Of a stretch of 64,000 bases of DNA, positions 25,242 to 36,929 are shown piece by piece. The notes beneath the pieces were generated by a model. That model was not told the DNA's origin, did no database searches, and was given only the letters and a program-made list of their open reading frames with translations. The translations under genes were made by a program, and so were the position numbers. Origin of the DNA: Dipteris shenzhenensis. Lineage: Eukaryota. The DNA lies in assembly GCA_047967505.1 (NCBI GenBank), contig CM106538.1; one strand, given 5' to 3'. Position 1 is the first letter of the stretch. Every line of letters begins with the position of its first letter.

Positions 25242-26159
25242 GGATTCTTCATCATTGTTGAAGTGAAATGATAAGTGTGGAAGGATTCTTCATCATCGTT
25301 GAAGAGCTTGTGGATCTCTGATCAAGCAGGGCCTTTATGTAGGACTTGGAATGATATCCGTCATGTCCGTCGGTCTCTTGTCTCGAGAGAAGACCGACCT
25401 CGTAGCTTTGATCGGTACCTAACAAGTGCGATTGGTGTTTTTATCACGTGATACGTCTACGCCTTGATACGAGCATGGAACCCTATCCAAAATACTTTTG
25501 CTGCATACATATATATGACGTATGTACAACCATATCTTCAAGGAAATGACATCCACCATGTCTGACGAAACTTAGCTATGATCTGCTTGAGATTGGATCT
25601 TGTGAACTTATGATGCCTTGGAGCAGATTAAGAGGTTCTAGAATGCAAACCCTATGTAAAATACCTTTGTCGGGGAAATGCTCAAATTTGAAAAACTATA
25701 CACCTAAAAAAGAATAGCCAAAATACCATATGTAACTTGCGCTTGTAGTGATAAGTCTTGTTATTGTTTATGCATCCCATAGGGTTACTAATGTTACTCA
25801 TAAATCTTTTTTCTCACCATATCTATCACAAAGGGTTCTGTTGGTGGAGGGGAATGAGCACAAGTCCTATCATGAGAATACTCTAGCATGGGCATGTTAC
25901 TAGGTTTGAGGTGGTCACAAATGAAGGAGTAGCATATATTATCAAGATTAATGCAAGTAAGATTTCAAGATTCCTAAATACGTTAAGTGCCATGAAGATT
26001 TTCAAGCCTTAACATAAGGACTTCACTTCATTTGTTATCTCATAGGAAAGCAAGGTCAGTTAATACGTTGATAGCCTATTGGGCCAAACTCATAAAATGA
26101 CAATATACTCAATTAGCAAATTTAAAAACTAGGGTCTGTTTCCTACCAGCATACCTCTA

Positions 26160-26597
26160 CTCTGGCATCATGCCATGTATTGCTATAGTGAGAGTCTTGT
26201 TCATTATGTAGACTACTGTAGCAACTTCTTCAGCCCAATAATAATCTGGCAGGTCTTTTTCATTGAGCATGGCATGAGATACCTCTCCAATATGTCTGTT
26301 TTTCCTTTTTGCAAGTCCATTTTACTATGGGGTATGATTGCATGAATATTGTTGCTTTATGCCATGCTCCTACAGGAACCTTGCAAGCTCATTTGATAGG
26401 TACTCTCCCCCTCCATCTGACCTTAGGCATTTTATTTGTAGGCCTGTTTCTTTTTCAACCATAGCTTTAAAAGCTTTGAAATGCCCAAACACTTCACTTT
26501 TCTTTTTCATAAAATACACCCAAACTTTTTTGTTGTAGTCATCAATAAAAGCAACAAAATAATGATAGCCTCCAATAGATGCAGCTTTAGTAGTCCA
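26160..26597 (-). pseudogene. Integrase fragment from a third Copia family
   Basis: Minus strand reads YFVAFIDDY..KVWVYFMKKKSEVF..FKAMVEKETG.QIKCLRSDGGGEY...YWAEEV, with stops. Confidence 0.8.
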
Positions 26598-27188
26598 CTA
26601 ATTCAAAATCACCTAATCTAAGAGGAGGTCCCAACCTCTAAACAGCCCCTCTAATCCTTTAGTGCAAGAATCTTAGCCTTAGATCTACAATAGCCCGTTG
26701 GCCCATTCTAGTAGTTAGGGAGCAGGAGAGGAAATCCAATCATCAACAGTCCAATCATGTTACAATGTTTTAAAAAGGGTCTACAAAATAATATGTGCTA
26801 CAAAATGCCAAGAGTGCCGAAGTTCAAAATGGCAAATCTGATGAAGTATTGTGCTACAAAATAGAAAAAGTGCCAAAATAAAAAATGACAAAATGTCCTA
26901 TCCTACTAGTACTCATCCTTCGAACTCTCCTTGACCTCGTGATCTTTGCATAGTCTTGATCCCTCGCACTCCTCCGAATCTTCTTCTTGAGATCCATTCT
27001 CCAAGTTTAGATCTTTGGATGGGCCGAAGTCAAAGTTGTGTCTCTAAGAACGAAACAAGTTAGAAAAGATAAGAGTGTCAATTGTAAGACAACGAGATAC
27101 TCAAATGAGAATGATGATGATTAGGATATAGTCACATGGCGCTCCACCACCTTTTTCCAATCAATTCTACATCCTTCTTGCTCCTACA
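26598..27188 (-). mobile_element. Possible partial LTR of another retroelement
   Basis: On the minus strand it starts TGTAGGAG at 27188, directly abutting the LARD PPT. Non-coding. No partner LTR was found. Confidence 0.3.
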
Positions 27189-28308
27189 CCCCCACTCAAA
27201 CTAGGCCCTCTAGCTACAGATGAAAAAACCCTTGGGGAGTACAAGGGAAAAACCCGAGCCATTATATATATCTATGTGAAAATATATATACAAGGATAAC
27301 CATATGCCAATTTGAATGATACAGTGTAATGCTGGATGATACAGTGCAAATTGCATGTGGATAGTACAAGGGCATAAGACAAGCACTTGTCCATAGTATA
27401 GTGCAAAGTATAGGCACTATGATTGGTGCATGATACAGTGCAAAGTATGTGTGAAAAATAGAAAAATATTCCTGGAAATCTCAACTTGTTTGACATAGTG
27501 ATGATGCTTAATCAGGGCTTGAGATCTTCAAGTTCGATGTTTGAGCTCTTCATCTGAATAATAGAGCTTGTTGTCTCCAAGTTCAATATGGTCAAACCTC
27601 CTCAAACCTTTATAATCATGTCTTCATGTTTTGCACAATTCATCCACATAAAATGACCGATTTCATGTAGTGTATATGAACACAACAAATATTCAAGTGT
27701 CTGTTTCTATTGTACCAAGGATGAATGTATGAGGAAATTGCTTCGGTCACTCCAAAGATGAGTATGGAGGGGTGATTTGACCACAAAGCCAGGTCTAAAA
27801 TGTTTCTTGGGTAGTGTAAGAAAGCTGTAGCAACACAATAGGAAGGCCCATGAAGTTCTTGTAAATCAAGAACCAATAATCCAAAAACACAACGAGCATT
27901 CCGGCATCCTGAAGTATCGGATTTAATATGTACATAGAGCCAGCGCTGAAATGTTGCTTGCGTAGTGTAAGAAAGCCATAGCAACACAACAGAAAGGCCC
28001 ATAATGATCTTGCAAATCAAGAACAAATATTCTAGAAACACAACCAGCATCTGGACATCTGAAAGTATCGAACAATTGAGCATCCCAAAAGTACCGAACA
28101 ACTGGGCAGTCGGAAGTACCGAATAGCCAAAAATAAGAGCCCGTAATGATCTTGCAAATCAAGAACCAATAATCTAGAAACACAACGAGCATCCAGACAT
28201 CCAAAAGTACCAAACAATTGAGCATCCCAAAAGTACTGAACAACTGGGCCGTCAGAAGTACTGAACAACTGGAAATACGAACAATTGGGCATCCTAGAAG
28301 TACCGAAC

Positions 28309-29027
28309 TGTTAGATATCAATGCTCCACTCTCGTGTAACTATGCGGGAACCAGCTAACTCTACTTGTAAGCCTCCCATATGAGGAGAAGGCATTTGAGT
28401 AGCTCGGTTATCCGGTAGGTCCTGGTTTGGACACCAGATGGGGGCCATGTGTGGCCTGATGGCTGGACACGTTCAAATAGAGTTGGCACACCGCCAACTA
28501 GGCTACATGCAAGTGTGAGAAGGCATCCCTTGACTGACCGCACTGAGGGTAGATGGAGCATTTCTCGGGATAGCCCACTCTCGGGTTGCGAGGCCCGTTT
28601 GGAGCCTCAGATGATCTCGGATGGCTGTGGAGTCCGTAGGTTAGTTGGTTTGTTTTGCGCACCAGTTCTATCGTATGGTCGGTGGCCTATTTCGGGACCA
28701 ACCCCTATTCGACCATTTTGGGCGGACTGGGTCGGCCACCCAATTGAGCCTAACTGACTACGACTAGTGGCTATATAAGAGCAAGCCTGTGAAGCCCATT
28801 TCATCACTGGCTATAGCAACCTTGATTCCTTAGCATTTAGCCTCCGTCTTCTACTGTTTCCAACACGCCATCGAAGCTTTTTTCACAGGAGCGCATGGCT
28901 GGGAGGCAGCGCCATCTATTGCATCAGTTCTATAGTAATCAAATTTTTGATTCTCCATACTATCTTGTTTTCTCTCTTGCGTCGAGATCCTGTTATCTGT
29001 TGAGCATAGACATATTATTTTCTTACA
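28309..29027 (+). mobile_element. Solo LTR (719 bp) of an unrelated family
   Basis: TGTTAGA...TCTTACA, with TSD CGAAC/CAAAC. Flanks rejoin into the LARD sequence seen uninterrupted at about 37700. TATA-like CTATATAAG at about 28771 suggests plus orientation. Confidence 0.8.
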
Positions 29028-29173
29028 CAAACAACAAAAAATATAACGAGAATAAGCCACACACGTATGACAAGAGGCAAGCTTGTGTGGATTAAACACA
29101 GCTTACATAATCATATCGGGAATGAAATAACAACCTCTTTCCATTTGACAGTACCAAAGAATCGGAAAGACAA

Positions 29174-31290
29174 CACAACAACACAAAGCAACTATAGATG
29201 CGCTTGGTAGACGTGCAAAATAGCGGGTGCATCTATAGGCGTTGCTTTAGTAGAGGAATTACGGGCGCGTCTAAATGGGTGTCTCAAAGCTCGTCTATTT
29301 GTGCGTAAATTACCGCGTCTACGTGCTCGTCTAAACTGAGAAAATACGGGCCCATCTAACGTCGCGTTTATTAGCGTGTCTATTTGCGTGTGTATTAGCG
29401 CATTTATTTGCACGTTTACACTGAGAATCAGACGTGCATTTAGATGCGTAGATAGACGCAAACTAGAGAATACAGAAAGTGAGATTTTGGTGTACATCAT
29501 TGCTTTCCAAACATTGCCCATGATTACCAAAGCACATAATTTTTTGCAAGCCCACATATACAAGAATTAAGTGAGATGAGGAGAATGAGACAATATGTAA
29601 AATAGTTTTGCCAATATCAATTATGGGGCTACGGTTCAATCTGATCCTCAATGAGATCAACCCTTGCCAAACTATCTACTTCAAAATCCAAACAAGTGTT
29701 TAGATCTACAAATACATTCAACCCACTACTACTTGTGCCACTCATGTGCTCATCAAAATCAGCATCTCGAATGGTAGGCTCATCCTCACAGGTAATGGCC
29801 TCAATATCTTTATCTCCTATCTCATGATCATCCTCCTCTCTCGTATCACGGTCATCATCAAATCCATGGCCATGATCATCCTCCATACGCTCCATATTAG
29901 TAAATGTGCTATACATCACTTTGGAATGTGGCATAATAGGTATGACATGCCACCATCTATTATTATCCACCATTGGCTGATAGACAACCTAATTCAAACA
30001 CAAATACAATCATGTTATTTTTCTTGCATCAAATATTTAAAAGCGAGTATTTTTATATGTGTGCACAGTACCTGTTCACATTGTTGCGGTAGTACTAGTG
30101 TGTCCTTCCTACTTTGGCAAAATTTTGTGGAGTAAATAGTTACAAAGCCACTTACATGGCGTTTGATTGTTGCATTAGGGCCTCTTTCCACCACGTCCTT
30201 AAACCACTTTACATCCAAAACATACACAAAGAAGCGTTGAAAGTCAAGCATAATAATATCTTGGATTATGCCACAATAATCATCCATGGCTCCATTGGCT
30301 CCCTCAAAGCTAGCAATGATGCCGAAATCTTGTGTGTTTCTCTTATCATCAATCCGTTGTGTTCGAAAATGCTTGCCCTCACACCATATAGCATTGAACA
30401 TAGTGCACTACACCAAGAAAAAATCAATTAAATAAGCAATCTAAATTATTGAAAGCTCCTAACTTATGCATAACATTCTATATACTGACCTTGCTCATGC
30501 ATCCCCTAGCATACTCCCATTCTTCCATTGTGATATGCATCCCCCTCGTCTTTCTCTGCTTTCTCCATTTCATCAAGTAGCCAATCCACATGAATATCCT
30601 TTGGAAGTGCTCTTAGATACTGAGGGTATGGCACACGAGATCCGTGGTGTGTACAAAAGAGGGCCCTTTCTTCTTGTCTTCTTGCCTTTGCATGCTCATA
30701 TCTTGTCACCCATCTTTTCATCACATCACTATTAAGCACGCAAAAGAGGTTGATACTATTATGCAACTCCATGTCTATTACTTTGTTGTGTCCTTTCCCT
30801 TGAGGCACAATAGAGGTCATCCTTAGGTCTTCATCATCTCTCCATAGTCATGGGAGAGAGCTATCCACATCAACAAGTAACTCAAAAATATATACAAGTG
30901 ACTCTTGTACCAACCAACCCTCGGCCATGCTACCTTCGGGTCTTGCATTTTGTCTCACAAAGCCCTTCAAGGTCTTCATGAAGCACTCCAGGAAGAACAA
31001 CCATCGTGCATGTATAGTACCGCATATAGCAATCTCATCCACCAAATGCACTATGAGATGTAGTTGGCTTGTGAGAATAGAACGTGGAAATGTCTCCTCC
31101 ACTAAACAAACCGCCTCCACTGACATAACTCGAGCATTCTCAAGCGTGGTGGGATCTATTTCCTTTGAGCTCACATACCTAGCATTCTCAAGCAGGTCTC
31201 CAGATGCGAAAATAGACGCGCCCATAAGTTTTTTATTTAGTTCAGTAAACGCATATGTGCGCATGTCTATGGGTGCTTTGTCTTGTTGTG
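29174..31290 (-). mobile_element. Non-autonomous internal-deletion derivative of the CACAA transposon (2.1 kb)
   Basis: Both TIRs present (CACAACAACACAAAGCA at 29174; TGCTTTGTCTTGTTGTG ending 31290). TSD CAA/CCA, with CGA or CAA at empty sites near 37845 and 11568. Retains the DUF4218 and DUF4216-like exons. Confidence 0.85.
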
Positions 31291-34124
31291 CCAGCATCCG
31301 AGATTACAAAGAACATCTATAAGTAACCAAGAAAATGGGCATTCGGGAACAGTGATCACATCCAAAACAAGTACTCAACAGTAATGCATATGTACCACAT
31401 CCAAATCAGTACTTAAAATATAATCCATATGTGCCATGTCCAAACAAGTACTCAAGAAGTAATCCATATGTATTCATCTAAAAGATGTTGAACCTTGCCA
31501 CGTGCAAATGAGTATGCAATATGACCATGTCAAAATGAGTACTCAATAAGTAATCCATATGTGTACATCATGAAAGCCAGATAAATATGTGTCACATCCA
31601 AACAAGGACTTAGTAATAATCCATGTACCACATCCAGATGAGTAAATATGTGTCACATCCAAACGAGGAGTCAGTAATAATCCATGTACCATCTCCAAAC
31701 GAGTACTCAAGTAGTTAGCCATATGCCACGTCCAAAGAAGTACTCAAACAATTATCCATATGTGTTCATAAATATTGTCCCTTGAAAGACATTGAACCTT
31801 GCCACGTTGAAACGAGTATGCAATAAGTAATCCATAGATGCCACGGCCAAATCAATACTCATTAATTCAGCCATAGCTGGTGTTCAACATGAAAGACATA
31901 TAAGTATACCTCACCCCATAAAGGGTGAAATAAAAGTATGCCTTGCTTGAACCAATAAGCGAATACATACCATAAGTCATCAGTAAGTTAATCGACAAAG
32001 AAGGAAGAAATCATTGGTCTAGCAAGACCTTGCATGCACTTGTAAATATAGATGACTATGAAAAACAAAGTAGATATACTCATCCTATAGGTATCGAATG
32101 TGCATTTAATCCGTTGGGTTGTATCTAGGCATCTATGTAAACTTGCATGTACTCGGAGAAACAATTGAGTGTGATGAAAGATAATATATGAGCTCACCTT
32201 GGAAATAAACTAGTGCCTTGAAAACGACAAGAAAACATGTGAGAAGAACCTTTGCATATGTGAAGTAACGTATCCAAGGAGTAATAATATCAAAGCTAAA
32301 TAGAAAAGAAACATTCAAAGAAAACATGTTAGAATGTTAACAATGTAAAACATTCAGCAAGTCCTTTTCTTTCATAGGATGGACCAACTTATGAAAGTGA
32401 AGCTAGTGTTGAATACATGACGAGCAAGTCAAGCGAGATGTTAGCTGCTTATAAGAGAGAAAGAAACATTAGATCGACATTTTCCTTTGCAAATCAAGCA
32501 TACCTACATGATATTTAGCCTACTCCAGATCAAATACAATGGATGCCCTATAGGCATGCTTGATAAACAAAGATGAAAGAGAGCCTGCTTTCAAAATCAT
32601 AAGATAATCGAAAGTAACTCTCACCTTCAAAATAACATAAAACATTTAGGAAATCAAAAGTAAATGATAAGATAATCGAAGAAAATCTAGCCTTCAAAAC
32701 AATACAAAATATTATGGAAGCTCCTTTGAATCAATTAGCTCATGCTGAAAGTAAAGCTTGATATAGAATATTTGGCAAGTCTCTTTAACCGAGATTTATG
32801 GAAACTTGAAGCTATAGCTAAACTTGCTAGCAAAACATAATAATACATGTATTATCATTGTGAATAAAGCACCAAGCATATGAATGTAGTGGAATACAAA
32901 TAACATAACCTTTCAAGTAGAATATCAAGAACAAGGCATTGTATTGAACTACGATGATATCATGGTTCCCAATCATGTAGAACATTAAAGAAAGTTGGTG
33001 TAGCTCTATACCAACAGGCAAAGAAAAGCTCCAACACATAGATGTATGTCATAGTAATTGCTGAAAAACAATCAAGTTTTGTGAGGCACCCGAGTATAGA
33101 TATTGACAGAGCTCTTTGGTTGAAGGACGCTCTATGAATGTTGAGTTGTAAAGCACTTACACAAAGACTTAGCAAGCGATTAACTAAATAAGAAACTAGT
33201 CAGTAAAGGATGCACTAAATAAAAACTAGCTTAATATATGTGAAGCATCATTGGCTTTTACTTTTGCAAAAGTAACATGAAACCACAAGTGACGAAGCAC
33301 TAACCTCTTGTTTTCACTAATGACCTAAGAGAAATAAAAAATTGCTTTCATATGATAGATAACCTTTTGTCCAAGTGATTTTCTCAATTAACTTTCTTGT
33401 CCGTTGAACTCATATAATTATCACTACAAAAGCATGTAGATTGGGCCACTTTACTCTTAATTACAAGATTGAGACTCTACTTGGCATCGATTAGATAAGA
33501 CCTTGATCCCTCAAGATTGACTACGCTTACAACAACGATCCTAGATTGAAACTCTACTTGGCATCGATTAGATAAGATCTTGATCTGTAAAGATTTACTA
33601 TGCTTACAACAATGACCCTACGCTATTGGTTTTTATGGATATGAACGATGGAATTGGGTCTCCTCTTTATCTAAATTTTATGGAGTCCTATAGCTAAAGA
33701 AGTTTTCTTTATGTGTTTGAGCATCTTATTTCTTCATGTGGGAATGTAAAAGCATAATATGCCAGTGTGTTCAATCCAAGGGAACACAAATACTGAGTGC
33801 AAGATGGTGTGATCAACTGGTGGAGATTGAAAGCGGGAGGGCGACATCGTATCAGGAAGCTTCTTATCATTATGTATATATATATATATATATATAAATT
33901 GCTTTTGCTTTTGCTTCAAATATTGTTGATTCTATGAAAGTATGAACCTTTTTCATCCTCATGTCCTAGATCAATTCTTCTCTATTATGAGTGTTCATCT
34001 TCTTGTCCAAACACTCTTCTACCAGTTTATTGACAGTAGGCAGCAAAAAGAAATAATCATAACTTTCTTACCTGAAATCGGAATATAGTGATCCAACCAC
34101 TCAAAATAGCCGGCACATACACTT

Positions 34125-34850
34125 CCCATTTTCTTGGTTACTTCTGGATATTCTTTGTAATCTCGGATGCTCGTCTTTCTAGTTTTTTGATACTTTCAGA
34201 TGCAAAGAGGTTGTTATTTCATTCCCGCTATGATTATGTAAGCTGTGTCTAATCCACACAATCTTGCCTCTTGTCATACGTGTGTGGCTTATTCTCATTG
34301 TATTTTTTATTGTTCGATACTTCTGTCTGCCTAGTTGTTCAGTACTTCTAGGATGCCCAATTGTTCGTATTTCTGGTTGTTCGGTACTTTCGACGGTTCT
34401 GTTGTTTGGTACTTCTGGGATGCTCAATTGTTTGGTACTTTTGGAAGTCTAGATGCTCGTTGTGTTTCTAGATTATTGGTTCTTAATTTGCATGATCATT
34501 ATCGGCTCGTATTTTTGGCTGTTCGGTACTTCCGACTGCCCAGTTGTTCAGTACTTCTGGGATGCTCAATTGTTCAGTACTTTCAGATGTCCAGATGCTA
34601 GTTGTGTTTCTAGATTATTGGTTCTTGATTTGCAAGATCATTATGGGCCTTTTTGTTGTGTTGCTATGGCTTTCTTACACTATGTAAGCGACATTTCAGA
34701 CTTGGCTTTATGGACATATCAAATCTGATACTTCAGGATGCCGGAATGCTCGTTGTGTTTTTGGATTATTGGTTCTTGATTTGCAAGATCTTTATGGGCC
34801 TTCCTATTGTGTTGCTATGGCTTTCTTACACTACCCAAGAGACATTTTAG
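34125..34850 (+). repeat. Inverted LARD internal fragment
   Basis: Reverse complement of the LARD segment seen at about 27795-28308, 29033-29170 and 31294-31340, without the nested insertions. Confidence 0.8.
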
Positions 34851-34916
34851 AAATAAAAAAAATCCTTCTGTTGAACTCACGTGATAGGGTTACATACGAT
34901 GAGTGACCCCCCCGAG
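34851..34916. mobile_element. Single terminus of the 8-bp-TSD MITE family
   Basis: Reverse complement of about 2172-2235. Ends GAGTGACCCCCCCGAG. Confidence 0.8.
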
Positions 34917-36926
34917 TTTACAGGATACAAAATGTGAAGCATATCAATGCTCCATGCAAGGTTTTCATATTACTAATATGGTGTACTTTTTCCTTTCTAG
35001 GTATGTGAGCTCAAAGGAAATAGATCCCACCACGCTTGAGAATGTATGAGTTATGTCAGTGGAGGAGGTTTGTTTAGTGGAGGAGACATTTCCACGTTCT
35101 ATTCTCACAAGCCATCTACATCTCATAGTGCATTTGGTGGATGAGATTGCTATATGTGGTACTGTACATGCAAGATGGTTGTTCTTCCTCGAGCGCTTCA
35201 TGAAGACCTTGAAGGGCTTTGTGAGACAAAATGCAAGGCCCAAAGGTAGCATGGCCGAGGGTTGATTGGTACAAGAGTCACTTGTATATATTTTTGAGTC
35301 TCTTGTTGATGTGGATAGCTCTCTCCCAAGACTATGGAGAGATGATGAAGACCTAAGGATGATGTCTATTGTGCGTCAAGGGAAAGGACGAAGCAAAGTA
35401 ATAGACACGGAGTTGCTTAATAATATCAACCTTTATTGCATGCTTAATAGTGATGTGATGAAAGTTGCATGAAAAGACATGAGGATGCAAAGGCAAGAAG
35501 ACAAGGAGGAAGGGCCCTCTTTTGTACACACCATGGATCTCGTGTGCCATACCCTCAGCATCTAAGAGCACCTCCAAAGAATACTCTTGTGGATTGGTTA
35601 CTTGATGAAATGGAGAGAGCAAAGAGAGATGAGGGGATGCATATCACAATGGAAGAATGGGAGTATGCTAGGGGATGCATGAGCAAGGTCAGTATATAGA
35701 ATGTTATGCATAAGCTAGGAGCTTTCAACAATTTAGATTGCTTATTTAATTGATTTTGTCTTGGTGTAGTGTACTATGTTCAATGATATATGGTGTGAGG
35801 GCAAGCATTTTCGAACACAACAGATTGATGATAAGAGAAACACACAAGATTGCGGTGTCATTGCTAGCTTTGAGGGAGCCAATGGAGCCATGGATGATTA
35901 TTGTGGCATAATCCAATATATTATTAAGCTTGACTTTTGACGCTTCCTTGTGTATGTTTTGGATGTAAAGTGGTTTAAGGAGGTGGTGGAAAGAGGCCCT
36001 AATGCAACAATCAAACGCCATGCAAGTGGCTTTGTAACTATTGACTCCACAAAGTTTTGGCAAAGTAAGAAGGACACACTAGTACTACTGCAACAATGTG
36101 AACAGGTATTATACACACATATAAAATATACTCACTTTTAAATATTTGATACCTTCGATGCAAGGAAAATAACATGATTGTATTTGTGTTTGAATTAGGT
36201 TGTCTATCAACCAGAGGTGGATAATAATAGGTGGTGGCATGTCATACCTATTACGCCACATTCCAAAGTGATGTATAGTACATTTACTAATATGGAGTGT
36301 ATGGAGGATGATCATGGCCATGGAGGTGATGATGATCGTGATACGAGAGAGGAGGAAAATCATGAGATAAGAGATACAGATATTGAGACCATTACCCATG
36401 AGGACGAGCCTAGCATTGGTGATGTTGATTTCGATGAGCACATCAGTAGCACAAGTAGTAGTGGGCTGAATGTATTTGTAGATCTCAATAGTGGTTTGGA
36501 TTTTGAAGTAGATAGTTTGGCAAGGGTTGATCTCATTGAGGATGAGATTGAACAATAGCCCATCATTGATATTGGCAAAACTATTTTACATATTGTCTCA
36601 TTCTCCTCACCTCACTTAATTTTTTTATATGTGGGTTTGCCAAAAAGCATTGATATTTTTATTAAAATTATGTGCTTTGGTAATCATAGGCAATGTTTGG
36701 AAAGCACTGATGTATATTTATCAGGTTGCACCAGAATCTCACTTTCTGTATTCTCTATTTTGCATTTATAAAGGCGTCTAGACCTGCATCTAATTCATAG
36801 TGTAGACGTGTAAATAGATGCGCTATTAGACGTGCCCATACTTTCACTATTCTAGCAGTGCCTATAGATGTGCCCGCTATTTTGCGCATCTATCAAGCAT
36901 GACTATAGTTGCTTTGTCTTATTGTG
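34917..36926 (+). mobile_element. Right portion of the CACAA transposon (duplicate of 9372-11369)
   Basis: DUF4218 and DUF4216-like exons. TIR ends 36926, followed by TSD TAC. Confidence 0.85.
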
Positions 36927-36929
36927 TAC

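Larger units (their letters stand above)
27189..34110 (-). mobile_element. Second LARD-family copy lacking both LTRs; hosts a solo LTR and a CACAA derivative
   Basis: 27189-27498 matches 1755-2063 (PPT region). 31294-34110 matches 37850-40570. Confidence 0.75.

Noticed and set aside
25740-26150. Possible LINE fragment
   Set aside because: No diagnostic endonuclease or RT motif could be read.
33873-33897. (TA)n microsatellite
   Set aside because: Ordinary slippage expansion in one LARD copy.
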